DNA of 58,415 nucleotides, from contig CAILUH010000163.1 in NCBI GenBank assembly GCA_903837335.1, positions 1-58,415 on the forward strand, read 5' to 3'. Shown here in pieces: positions 1-9,141 of this stretch (position 1 is its first letter; each line of letters opens with the position of its first letter). The translations under genes were made by a program, and so were the position numbers. Source of the stretch: an uncultured beta proteobacterium (GTDB lineage Bacteria > Pseudomonadota > Gammaproteobacteria > Burkholderiales > Burkholderiaceae). The notes below the pieces were generated by a model, which saw only the letters and a list, made by a program, of their open reading frames with translations, was not told the DNA's origin and did not search any database.

Positions 1-387
1 TAATTTCTTAATGATTAAACCTTTGCGCGGCAAGATTTCTTTGGCAACACCCGTATCGACTATAGTCAAATCTAGCTGGTGCTGGCGCGAAAGTACACTA
101 ACGGCAGCGCCACCAGCTAAAAAATTCTCGACCATTTGCCAAGTAACGTCACTCGGAAATGCAGAAATACCCTGGGCAGTTAAGCCGTGGTCACCAGCAA
201 AAACGACTAACTGTGGTTGCACTAGGATTGGGTTTGGGGTATTTAAAATTAAGCCTAACTGTTTAGCTAATGATTCAAGTTGACCCAAGGAGCCCAGCGG
301 CTTGGTTTTGTTGTTCAGCTCGGTTTGAATTAATGTGCCTAATTTCAAGTTATCGAGTGGAGCGATGAGGGGTAATTCAATATCCAT
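1..387 (-). CDS. cobT: Nicotinate-nucleotide:dimethylbenzimidazole phosphoribosyltransferase, 5' part (runs off the window edge)
   Basis: Not in the ORF track. Manual translation from ATG 387 gives MDIELPLIAPLDNLKLGTLIQTELNNKTKPLGSLGQLE, with the CobT TKPxGSLGxLE motif and a later FAGDHG; it follows cobQ. Confidence 0.9.
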   Translation of the reverse strand, partial: MDIELPLIAPLDNLKLGTLIQTELNNKTKPLGSLGQLESLAKQLGLILNTPNPILVQPQLVVFAGDHGLTAQGISAFPSDVTWQMVENFLAGGAAVSVLSRQHQLDLTIVDTGVAKEILPRKGLIIKKL

Positions 388-396
388 CAGATACTT

Positions 397-1902
397 TCAT
401 TTAACCAAGGAGAGCAAGGTTTCTTTTGGAATATGTTGCCCAATTAAATCCGCAAGATTATTAAAAACTACCTCTAATGTTTTGGCTTCTTTGCCGAAGA
501 GTGATTTGATCACTACTGGATCTTCGAATAGCCCATGCATATAAATGCCAAGTACATTACCACGCGCATTTTGCCAGGCTAGGTTGGGAATAATTTCTGC
601 TGATATCGGCGCTTGATTGACTTCATCTGCCTCTTGGCGAGAAGACTTACCATGATGAATTTCATAACCGCATACCTCTAAATCAGATAAAGCAGACCAA
701 GGTCCATTAACTCGACCAAAGCGAGCGGAAATTTTATTGACTTGCTTATCCTTAGCAAAAGTTGTCTGAATTGCTAAGTGCCCTAGACCCGTTGCAGCGC
801 CATCAATATTAAATGGATCATGCATCACTTGGCCAAGCATTTGTAAACCCCCGCATATACCGAGCACCATTTTTCCTTGGTTGATATGCTTCTCAATGAC
901 CTGCTCAAAGCCGCATTGTTTTAACCAGGCTAAATCAGCGCTAGTATGTTTTGAGCCAGGCAAAATAATCCAATCGACATCTTCTAAAGAGCTTGGCTGA
1001 CGAGCCCAAATTAGTTCTAAATCAGTAATATTTTTAAGGGGTTGAAATTCGTCTAAATTACTGATGCGGGGATAGACTATAACTGCAACTTTGAGAGCAC
1101 CAGCTTTTTTACCCAGTGTGCGCTCATCGAATATGCCATCTTCTTCTGGGAGGCCATGATCAAACAGCATGGGAATAGTGCCAATAATAGGGATCCCAGT
1201 TAATGATTTTAATTGTTCTGGACCAGGCGCAAGTAGACTCGGGTCCCCTCGAAATTTATTCAACAAAAACCCCTTGATGCACTGCTGATCTATCTTGGGA
1301 AGCAAAGCCCAAGTGCCATAAAGATGAGCGAAAGCACCACCGCGATCAATATCGGTTACTAAGATACATTGCGCGTTTGCATAACGGGCAACACGTAAGT
1401 TCACAATATCACTAGCCATTAAATTAATTTCAGCTGGTGATCCCGCACCCTCTATGACTACTACATCATTATCTGCAATTAAGTAATCGAGAGATTGTTG
1501 AATACATGGCCAAATTTTTTCACTCCGCTCGCGCCATGGCGTGGCGCTTAATTCGGTATTCACTTTGCCCAATAAAATTACTTGACTGCGGGTATCCGCT
1601 TCGGGCTTGAGTAGTACCGGATTCATGTTGACATTAGGTTCGGCATGCGCTGCTAGGGCTTGAAAATATTGCGCCGAGCCAATTTCACCGCAAGCTTGAT
1701 CGGTATTACTAAATTCCGTTGCCGAGCTCTGGCGCGAATGCACAACGCGCGCATTATTACTCATATTTTGCGCTTTAAAGGGCGCTACTTTATAGCCTTG
1801 TCGAGCATACCAGCGACATAGCGAGGTAGTTATCCAGCTTTTACCTGCACCGCTTGAGGTGCCTAAGACCATGACACATTTAGCGGGCATACAATTTTTC
1901 AT
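397..1902 (-). CDS. cobQ: Cobyric acid synthase
   Basis: GTSSGAGKS, PFKAQNMSNN, EGAGSPAEINL, DIDRGG, and a GATase domain with GICGGLQMLG and GYEIH. Confidence 0.95.
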   Translation of the reverse strand: MKNCMPAKCVMVLGTSSGAGKSWITTSLCRWYARQGYKVAPFKAQNMSNNARVVHSRQSSATEFSNTDQACGEIGSAQYFQALAAHAEPNVNMNPVLLKPEADTRSQVILLGKVNTELSATPWRERSEKIWPCIQQSLDYLIADNDVVVIEGAGSPAEINLMASDIVNLRVARYANAQCILVTDIDRGGAFAHLYGTWALLPKIDQQCIKGFLLNKFRGDPSLLAPGPEQLKSLTGIPIIGTIPMLFDHGLPEEDGIFDERTLGKKAGALKVAVIVYPRISNLDEFQPLKNITDLELIWARQPSSLEDVDWIILPGSKHTSADLAWLKQCGFEQVIEKHINQGKMVLGICGGLQMLGQVMHDPFNIDGAATGLGHLAIQTTFAKDKQVNKISARFGRVNGPWSALSDLEVCGYEIHHGKSSRQEADEVNQAPISAEIIPNLAWQNARGNVLGIYMHGLFEDPVVIKSLFGKEAKTLEVVFNNLADLIGQHIPKETLLSLVK

Positions 1903-2914
1903 TAGGTGGATATATAGATTGCCAAGCTTGACTGAGTCGAATTTGCGAGGCAGGCGCCAAGACGCTCATCCGTACGTACCCAGGTAAGCCAAAAGATAGG
2001 GTATCGCGTAATTTAATACCACTTCGCCTTAGCTGAAGTAATAACAAATAAAGATCAGACGTAGGAGGTTTAGCGCAATAAAAATTGGTTTCACTGGTAT
2101 GGATTTCCCAGCCCATTTCTTGGCATCGCTGTAATTGCTGCCACTTCCATTCACGCAAGCAGTTTAGACTTTCTTGTAACCACATTTGAGTTGCGGATTT
2201 TACCCAGCTGGAGAGCATGCTGACGCCGTCAACGCCAAGCAGCCAAGAGGGCGCTAGTAATTCAAGTTCAGTAGTAAGGGAATTGGCTGCTTTAGGGGCG
2301 ATGGCATAGGCGGCCCGAATTCCGGTTAGACCTAATGCCTTATTAGGCGACCAAAGTTGCCACACTTTGTCTAATTGGGTTTGATTTAATAAGCATTTTC
2401 CACTTAAGCGCAGAGGGTCGTAGGCACGATCAAGGACGCAGATTTGCTGCGCTTGCAGAGAGTCAATCAGAGTGCTAAGAGAGCAGGCATTTTCTCCAAA
2501 TGGTGTCGATGGATCGCATGCCCAGATAAGATTGGCATCTTGAATTACGGCGCTCGTCACCAAATTCCACGCTTTTGCCGCAGTTTGATAATCGCTATAG
2601 CAAAAGCGAGGTAAATACACTATTGCTCGACCGAGCACTTGATTGCTTGCTTGTTTGGCAATGAGTGCACTCATACGATAAATAAATTCACTAGCACTAG
2701 CTGCTAAAACAATGCGCTCAACAGAAACCTGATGCCATTGCGCTAATAATTCTTTTAGAGCTGAGTAGTTTGGGTCTGGATATGCAGTGCGACTCGTATT
2801 AATTAGTGCTTCTAGAGCAATTGGGCATGGCCCAGCACTATTTGCATTGGTGGAGAAATCATCGGTAATATCTCCCAATGAGTCAGTACCGCCATGGATC
2901 TTATATAAAGGCAT
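1880..2914 (-). CDS. PLP-dependent threonine-phosphate decarboxylase (CobC/CobD-like, class I/II aminotransferase fold)
   Basis: N-terminal HGG..DFSTNAN..YPDP and PLP-lysine motif SPNKALGLTGIRAAY; lies within the cob operon. Confidence 0.8.
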   Translation of the reverse strand: MPLYKIHGGTDSLGDITDDFSTNANSAGPCPIALEALINTSRTAYPDPNYSALKELLAQWHQVSVERIVLAASASEFIYRMSALIAKQASNQVLGRAIVYLPRFCYSDYQTAAKAWNLVTSAVIQDANLIWACDPSTPFGENACSLSTLIDSLQAQQICVLDRAYDPLRLSGKCLLNQTQLDKVWQLWSPNKALGLTGIRAAYAIAPKAANSLTTELELLAPSWLLGVDGVSMLSSWVKSATQMWLQESLNCLREWKWQQLQRCQEMGWEIHTSETNFYCAKPPTSDLYLLLLQLRRSGIKLRDTLSFGLPGYVRMSVLAPASQIRLSQAWQSIYPPNEKLYAR

Positions 2915-2917
2915 CGA

Positions 2918-3940
2918 TTAGCCGTTTAGACCCGCATGAATTATTAGATAAATCACAGGAATTAAACTACTGATGAAACAGAGGAAAATCAGTTTATTCA
3001 TTAAGCGCTGTAATAATGTACAAGCCCGACTAATATCGTTAGGCGTTGCTAAGTTAGCACCCGTATTAAGACTGTAAACCGCTGGCTTGGTGAGTTGAAT
3101 ATGTAAGCCTAGGGCCATAGCTCCCATAGGCCAACCACTATTGGGCGATGGCGTTTTTTTTGCCTCGTTCGCTAGTTGCGCGAATTGAGACGCTGGCTCA
3201 CGTTGTTGTTTTGCCTGTATCAAAATTAAGCGAGCACTAATGCGGGCTGGAATCCAAGATAAAAGATCATCCATCTTTGCGGCAAATTTACCAGTCCATT
3301 CCCAGTGTCTACAATTTCGTAGATCACGATATCCCCATATGGCATCTGCAGTATTCGCATAGCGATAGAGGGCTGCAGCTGGTAGGCCGCCAAGTAGCAG
3401 CCAAAATAGAGGCGCAATGACGGAGTCATTAAAGTTTTCAGCTAGTGCCTCAATTGCACTTTCCCTTACTTGAATGGGGCTTAGTGCTTGCGTATCGCGA
3501 CTCACAATCATGGCTAAGCGTTGACGCCCATCGATTAAAGAATGGCTTAGGGCGGTATTTACGGCAAAGACCTCTGCAGATAAAAATGCCCAAGAAAATA
3601 GGGGCTTAATTAGTAAGCCCAGGAATAAGCATGCGATTATTGGAGGCAAAGAAAAGGCAAGCTTTTGTAAATAGACTGCGCAAAACACGACAATGACTGC
3701 GCCAACCAACCATGCAACCATCCCGCTAAAAAAATATCCTAGTTTTTGATGTTTTTTATAGCTTGTCCCGCGGGGCGAAATATATTGTCCAATTATCTTT
3801 AAATACTGGCCCATCCAGACAACTGGATGTAAATAATAATTGGGCTCACCAAAAAAACGATCAATCATGAGGGCAATAAATAAAGCGCCACCAAGAATTC
3901 CCCATCCTAGGATAGGGCTGTTAAACATAAATTCAAGCAT
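2918..3940 (-). CDS. cbiB: Adenosylcobinamide-phosphate synthase
   Basis: GEP..HPVVWMG, IVSRDT, ESAIEALAEN..D..IAPLFW, YRYANTADA and SPNSGWP motifs. Confidence 0.93.
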   Translation of the reverse strand: MLEFMFNSPILGWGILGGALFIALMIDRFFGEPNYYLHPVVWMGQYLKIIGQYISPRGTSYKKHQKLGYFFSGMVAWLVGAVIVVFCAVYLQKLAFSLPPIIACLFLGLLIKPLFSWAFLSAEVFAVNTALSHSLIDGRQRLAMIVSRDTQALSPIQVRESAIEALAENFNDSVIAPLFWLLLGGLPAAALYRYANTADAIWGYRDLRNCRHWEWTGKFAAKMDDLLSWIPARISARLILIQAKQQREPASQFAQLANEAKKTPSPNSGWPMGAMALGLHIQLTKPAVYSLNTGANLATPNDISRACTLLQRLMNKLIFLCFISSLIPVIYLIIHAGLNG

Positions 3941-3957
3941 GAATATCTATGTGAGCG

Positions 3958-4527
3958 TTAATCTTCAATGCCACGTTGCGCTGGTACACCTGCGTCGAAG
4001 GCATGCTTAATTTGCTGCATTTCGCTCACGGTATCGGCAATATCAATAATCTCTTGCGGGCAGCGTCTACCCGTGAGGCAAACATGAACATGGCTTGGTC
4101 GTTTTTGCAATGTTTCAACTACATCGGCTAACGGTATCCAGCCATAAATAAGGGGATAGGTAATTTCATCTAAAGCAACTAAGAAATAGTCGCCACTAAG
4201 AATGCTTTGCTTGGCTTTTTCCCAGCCATTTAGCGCAAGTTGCGCTGAATGTTCTAAATCTTTACTCTTCCAGCTAAATCCATCACCTAAGCCTTCAATG
4301 GGGATACCTAATTTTTCAAATATGCGATGTTCACCAAAACGTGCACTGGGAACTTTCATGAATTGATAAATTTTTACTTTTTTCTCACGCCCATGGGCAC
4401 GCAGCGATAAACCAAATAAGGCGGTACTTTTCCCTTTGCCGTTGCCGGTATAAATGAGAACTAGCCCACGGCGTTCGCCGGGAGATTTTTCATAGGGCTT
4501 ATCTGTTGGAGGAGCTTCAATTTGCAT
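3958..4527 (-). CDS. cobO: Cob(I)yrinic acid a,c-diamide adenosyltransferase
   Basis: YTGNGKGKSTA, LDEI, LTGR, KHAFDAG..AQRGIE. Start moved to ATG 4527, which has an AAGGA RBS. Confidence 0.93.
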   Translation of the reverse strand: MQIEAPPTDKPYEKSPGERRGLVLIYTGNGKGKSTALFGLSLRAHGREKKVKIYQFMKVPSARFGEHRIFEKLGIPIEGLGDGFSWKSKDLEHSAQLALNGWEKAKQSILSGDYFLVALDEITYPLIYGWIPLADVVETLQKRPSHVHVCLTGRRCPQEIIDIADTVSEMQQIKHAFDAGVPAQRGIED

Positions 4528-4547
4528 ATTAAATCCTTGCGGTGGAA

Positions 4548-5312
4548 TTAGCGGTTTTGGGGCATGACAACCCAAGATCCTTGGAGGGGATGAATTTTGA
4601 TGCGGTTGGAGAATACGGCTTCGATTTGTGCATGGGTTTGCTGGTGAGTAGCGGCACCCTCATAAGAAAGTGAGCCTTGATTTAGGATGATGACATGATT
4701 AGCTTGCAGCGCATACGTAATATCATGCAACACAGTAACAACGGTGGTACCTTGCTGTGTTAAGGATTGAATTAAATCGATAAGATCAGCCTGATGGGGT
4801 GGGTCGAGATTGGCAAGGGGTTCATCCATAAGAATAATTTCAGCCTGAACTGCCAAGGCACGTGAAATTAAAATCCGCTGACACTCGCCCCCTGATAATT
4901 TATTAATGGGGCGATGGCGTAAATTCCATGCATGGGTAGCCTGTAAGGCTTGCTCGACCATAAGGTGATCTGTGGCGCTCGGACTACTAAACCATTGTTG
5001 ATGCGGTAATCGCCCCAGCATCACTAAGTCGTATACCAACAAATCATCACTAACAACTTCATTTTGTCCAAGCCAAGCAATTTTTTTAGCCCGTTCCTTT
5101 GCCTCCATGGATTGCAAGGGTATTGAAAAAATATTTAATTGATTAGTATGGGGTAACAAGCCGGCGATTACTTTTAAAAAAGTAGACTTGCCTGCGCCAT
5201 TAGGTCCAATAATACTGGTCCATTGCGCTTGAGGAATTTGGGCAGAAATGCCATGCAAAATTTCGACATCGCCTAGTTTTGCGCTAATATTTTGAGTGCT
5301 AATGGCAATCAT
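4548..5312 (-). CDS. Cobalamin/Fe-chelate ABC transporter ATPase (BtuD-like)
   Basis: Walker A GPNGAGKS, signature LSGGECQR, Walker B IILMDEP; operon context. Confidence 0.88.
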   Translation of the reverse strand: MIAISTQNISAKLGDVEILHGISAQIPQAQWTSIIGPNGAGKSTFLKVIAGLLPHTNQLNIFSIPLQSMEAKERAKKIAWLGQNEVVSDDLLVYDLVMLGRLPHQQWFSSPSATDHLMVEQALQATHAWNLRHRPINKLSGGECQRILISRALAVQAEIILMDEPLANLDPPHQADLIDLIQSLTQQGTTVVTVLHDITYALQANHVIILNQGSLSYEGAATHQQTHAQIEAVFSNRIKIHPLQGSWVVMPQNR

Positions 5313-6337
5313 TTATACCTACTAACTGCTTGCTTTGCATGCATTAGCCACAATAAGTAACTGCCACCTAAAATTGCTGTTAATAAGCCAACTGGTAATT
5401 CTTGGGGTGCAATGAGTGCGCGCGCAAGAATATCGGCAGCCAGTAATAAGCCTCCTCCAACACCGCTCGAAAGTAGTAAGAGCGTGTGATGGGTTACGTT
5501 CGTTTGCGCGCGCACTAAATGGGGTGCGGCTAGACCTACGAAAGCAATGATGCCAACTTGGCTCACTGCAGTACCTGTGGCTAAGGCTAATATGAAAATG
5601 AATATTGCGCGCGCCAAGTTCAAATCAATGCCAAGACTAAGCGCCGTTAATTCACCTAGCGCTAAAGCATCAAGCGTTTTTCCTAGAGACCACGCTAGAA
5701 CACAGCTGAAGACAAGCGCAATACTCATGATGACGCATGCAGACCAGCCTGCAAAACTGGTGGTCCCCAACATAAAGGCTTGCATCGCTTGCAAGATTTC
5801 AGGGTTCATGATGGAAATAAAGGAACCAATCGCTCCTAAAATGACACCCACTATCACTCCCGCCAAGAGTAGTCTAAAAGTATGTTGAAAGCCTTTAGCA
5901 AGAAAAATTGTAATAAGCACGCCAGCCAGAGCACCAAAAAAAGCGGCGCTCGTTATGCCAATGCGCATAAACCAATTTTCAGCATATAAGCTGGTACTTA
6001 ATAAAATTAAGCTTAAAGCAACTCCTAGCGTAGCCCCTGAGGCGCTACCCAATAAATAAGGATCTGCGAGTGGGTTACGAAATAGCCCCTGCGCAATTGC
6101 GCCAGCCAGACCGAAGAGCGCTCCAGCTAGCCAAGCAGCAAGAGTGCGCGGTAAGCGGATATCAAAGATGATTTGCCAAGTGCCAGCGTCGCTAGTATTA
6201 AATAAAAAGGACTTTATCCCAGTGCTGCCTACACTCATCCCGATGATGAATAAAGCACAAGTAATAACCAGTAAAGTCATACTAAGGCGCCAAACTCGAA
6301 CCCTTGAAGGCAAATTAGTAGCTTGGATAGTGGTCAT
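5309..6337 (-). CDS. Cobalamin ABC transporter permease (FecCD/BtuC family)
   Basis: IRLPR, QGLFRNPLADPYLLG, FVGLAAPH, ELPVG motifs; hydrophobic. Confidence 0.9.
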   Translation of the reverse strand: MTTIQATNLPSRVRVWRLSMTLLVITCALFIIGMSVGSTGIKSFLFNTSDAGTWQIIFDIRLPRTLAAWLAGALFGLAGAIAQGLFRNPLADPYLLGSASGATLGVALSLILLSTSLYAENWFMRIGITSAAFFGALAGVLITIFLAKGFQHTFRLLLAGVIVGVILGAIGSFISIMNPEILQAMQAFMLGTTSFAGWSACVIMSIALVFSCVLAWSLGKTLDALALGELTALSLGIDLNLARAIFIFILALATGTAVSQVGIIAFVGLAAPHLVRAQTNVTHHTLLLLSSGVGGGLLLAADILARALIAPQELPVGLLTAILGGSYLLWLMHAKQAVSRYK

Positions 6338-7197
6338 GGATATTTTGCGCTAATGCAGTTGGCCATAATTTGCGCTCCTTCAGCAAGGCGAGGGCCCGGT
6401 CGAGACAGAATATCAGCTTCACTGGGAGTAAAAGTACAGATCCGTTGCTGACTTACCGCATTCATTTTTTTCCAGCCAGGCCTGCCTTCAATTTGTCCAC
6501 CTTGTTTATAGCCCATCATGATGAGGTCAGGATTTTCGCGCACGATAAATTCAGGATTTAATTTCGGGAAGGGGCCCAAAGAACTTGGAATAATATTAGT
6601 GAGTTGTAAACGCTTGAGCGTTTCGCCAATAAACGAAGATTCACCCGCGCCAAACGGTGTACTGCTGACTTCAAAGTAAACCCGTTGACCTTTGGCGGCT
6701 TTGGGTAAGGTGCTGGTAATCGCATTCACTTGTGTCAGCAAATTAAGCCAAATCGTTTCAGCATCCCGCGGGGGAGCATCGAGTATTAAAGCCAGGCGTT
6801 GCAAAGCTCGGTGTACATCAGCATAGTCTTTCACATCAAAAGCAATGACCTTAATTCCTAGTGAACGCAAGCGCTCACTAGCGCGCGAATTTTTTCCTAC
6901 CAGTACTACATCTGGCTTTAAAGCAGCAATGCCTTCAATATTTGGATCTAAACCCCCGCCAACAGAAGGTAATGATTGAATGCTTTCTGGCCAATTTGAG
7001 TAGCGATCAATTCCTACTAATTTTTGGCATTGCTTTAATACGCAAATTGTTTCCGTTATAGAGGGGAGGAGTGAGATAACCCGTAGTGGCGATTTTTGTA
7101 GACTCGTCGTAAATCCTTGGTCATCAGTAATGTCGATAGCCCTTACGTTTGAAGTAACAATAACTAAAGCAAGAGCAAGAAAAAAACGGACTTTCAT
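6334..7197 (-). CDS. Periplasmic cobalamin-binding protein (BtuF-like)
   Basis: Signal peptide, RVISLLPSITE, PNIEGIAALKPD, SRPGPRL. Confidence 0.87.
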   Translation of the reverse strand: MKVRFFLALALVIVTSNVRAIDITDDQGFTTSLQKSPLRVISLLPSITETICVLKQCQKLVGIDRYSNWPESIQSLPSVGGGLDPNIEGIAALKPDVVLVGKNSRASERLRSLGIKVIAFDVKDYADVHRALQRLALILDAPPRDAETIWLNLLTQVNAITSTLPKAAKGQRVYFEVSSTPFGAGESSFIGETLKRLQLTNIIPSSLGPFPKLNPEFIVRENPDLIMMGYKQGGQIEGRPGWKKMNAVSQQRICTFTPSEADILSRPGPRLAEGAQIMANCISAKYP

Positions 7198-7793
7198 GCA
7201 GTCCCTTTAATAGAGAGCGGATATCCTGCCACCATGAGGGTGACGCGCTCACACGCTTGGGCAATTGCCTGATTTAATAATCCGAGTTGGTCTACAAAGT
7301 TACGCGTTTCAGCGCCTAGCGGAATGACACCTTGACCAATTTCATTGCTAACTAAGACTATTGGACCCTTGCAATTATGAATTGCAGTCAGTAGGGTGGA
7401 ATGCGCCTGCAGAAATGAAGCCGCCAACTCTGAAAAGCCGACATTATTTTGCTCTGGGGGTGGGCTAAGATAATTACTTAACCAAAGCGTGAGGCAATCA
7501 ATTAGCAAAAATCGTTTTGGGTCAGAATATTGTTCAATTACTTGTGCTATCTCGATTGTTTCTTCGATAGTTTGGCAGCGCGGCAATTTTTTCTGACGCA
7601 TGATGCGATGTTGCTCAATTCGCACTTTCATTTCTGTATCCCACGCTTGAGCAGTTGCAATCATCATGACCTCATGCAGAGGATCGCTTAGAGTCCAGGC
7701 TGCAGCCAGCTGTTCTGCGCGCGAGGATTTACCACTTTTTTGCCCGCCTAGAATGAGTTCACTGCGGGCAATAGTCATAGGCAAAGTAGTCAT
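7194..7793 (-). CDS. cobU: Adenosylcobinamide kinase / guanylyltransferase
   Basis: LGGQKSGKS, DCLTLW, VSNEIGQG, F.D.LG.LNQ. Start at ATG 7793, overlapping the cobB stop (ATGA). Confidence 0.92.
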   Translation of the reverse strand: MTTLPMTIARSELILGGQKSGKSSRAEQLAAAWTLSDPLHEVMMIATAQAWDTEMKVRIEQHRIMRQKKLPRCQTIEETIEIAQVIEQYSDPKRFLLIDCLTLWLSNYLSPPPEQNNVGFSELAASFLQAHSTLLTAIHNCKGPIVLVSNEIGQGVIPLGAETRNFVDQLGLLNQAIAQACERVTLMVAGYPLSIKGTA

Positions 7794-9127
7794 TGCTGGC
7801 AATCTTGTGGCAGAAATAAAGATGCAGTGGCTAAGGGGTTCGACGCAAACCAAGCGTGAAAATAGCTAGCCTGCAGAGAGTTTTTTTGAAACAGCAATTC
7901 GCCGGATGCATTATTAGCCGTTTCTGTTTTTTTCAGACATTGCGTATAGGCTTTTAATGGACTTGTGCAAGTTGAGTAATGAAAGGTGTGACCGCGTATC
8001 TCTTGGTCATGTAGGTGTAAAGCTTGCAAGCCAAGTCCGCCAAGCCGTTTTTGCATCGTGATGGTACCTGGCAATGCGCCCCACATAGGAAAGGATTGGC
8101 CGTCAGCGGTAATGAGCGTTTCAAATAAAGCCATCATGCCACCACATTCAGCCCAAATGGGTCGTTGATTTTGAATGTGTATATGGAGTTGATTTTTCAA
8201 TTCCTGATGATTACCTAATGCCTCTGCATACAACTCTGGATATCCACCTGGAAGCCATACTGCATCACATATTGGCAGAGGGTCACCACGTAAAGGAGAA
8301 AAAAACTGAATGCGGGCGCCTAATTTTTCGAGAACATCTAGATTGGCTTGATAAATAAAACAAAACGCAGCGTCTTTAGCGACCGCAATGATTTTATGGT
8401 CAAGTAATTTTTGACTTAACGTTTTTTTTGTTTTGGTGGGATATTCAACTGCAAAGCTTGGCAAGCGCTGTAGGATTGTTTCACCAAAATTACTAGTTTC
8501 GATTGCATCAGCAATCAGATCCAGTTTTTGTACAGCATTCACAATTTCTGAACTCATTATTAGCCCAAGGTGTCTTTCAGGAAAGCCCATTTCTGCATTG
8601 GCAAAGATGGCGCCTAAAAAATGCTGGGGATTAGCAATGGCTGACTCTAGCATAGTTGCGTGCCCTGGAGAGGCTACGCGATTAGCTAAAACGCCTGCCC
8701 ATTTCATGTGGGGTCGATATTGCTCCAACCCCAAAGCCAGCGCACCAAATGTGCCGGCCATAGCAGACGCATCGATGACCGCCATCACTGGAATATTAAA
8801 GCGGATTGCTAAATCAGCGGCACTTGGGTCGCCATCGAATAGACCCATCGCTCCTTCAATCAAAATAACGTCTGCATGTTCGGCTGCTGCTCTAAGCCGA
8901 TTCTGACAATCGTCTTCACCTGTCATCCAGAGATCAATTTGGTAAACAGGGTTCTGGCTAGCGAGACTTAGCCAAAAAGGATCAAGAAAATCAGGACCAC
9001 ATTTAAAAACCCGAACCCGCTTACCCCGCTTCGTGAGGAAATGCGCTAAGCCTGCAGTAATTGTTGTTTTCCCTTGACCCGAGGCGGGGGCTGAAATCAG
9101 CAGTGTGGGGCAAGAGTATGAATTCAT
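7790..9127 (-). CDS. cobB: Cobyrinate a,c-diamide synthase
   Basis: SGQGKTT, FKCGPDFLDP, EGAMGLFDG, PERHLGL, GGYPEL, AECGGMM. Confidence 0.93.
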   Translation of the reverse strand: MNSYSCPTLLISAPASGQGKTTITAGLAHFLTKRGKRVRVFKCGPDFLDPFWLSLASQNPVYQIDLWMTGEDDCQNRLRAAAEHADVILIEGAMGLFDGDPSAADLAIRFNIPVMAVIDASAMAGTFGALALGLEQYRPHMKWAGVLANRVASPGHATMLESAIANPQHFLGAIFANAEMGFPERHLGLIMSSEIVNAVQKLDLIADAIETSNFGETILQRLPSFAVEYPTKTKKTLSQKLLDHKIIAVAKDAAFCFIYQANLDVLEKLGARIQFFSPLRGDPLPICDAVWLPGGYPELYAEALGNHQELKNQLHIHIQNQRPIWAECGGMMALFETLITADGQSFPMWGALPGTITMQKRLGGLGLQALHLHDQEIRGHTFHYSTCTSPLKAYTQCLKKTETANNASGELLFQKNSLQASYFHAWFASNPLATASLFLPQDCQQ

Positions 9128-9141
9128 GAATGGTGTCTCGA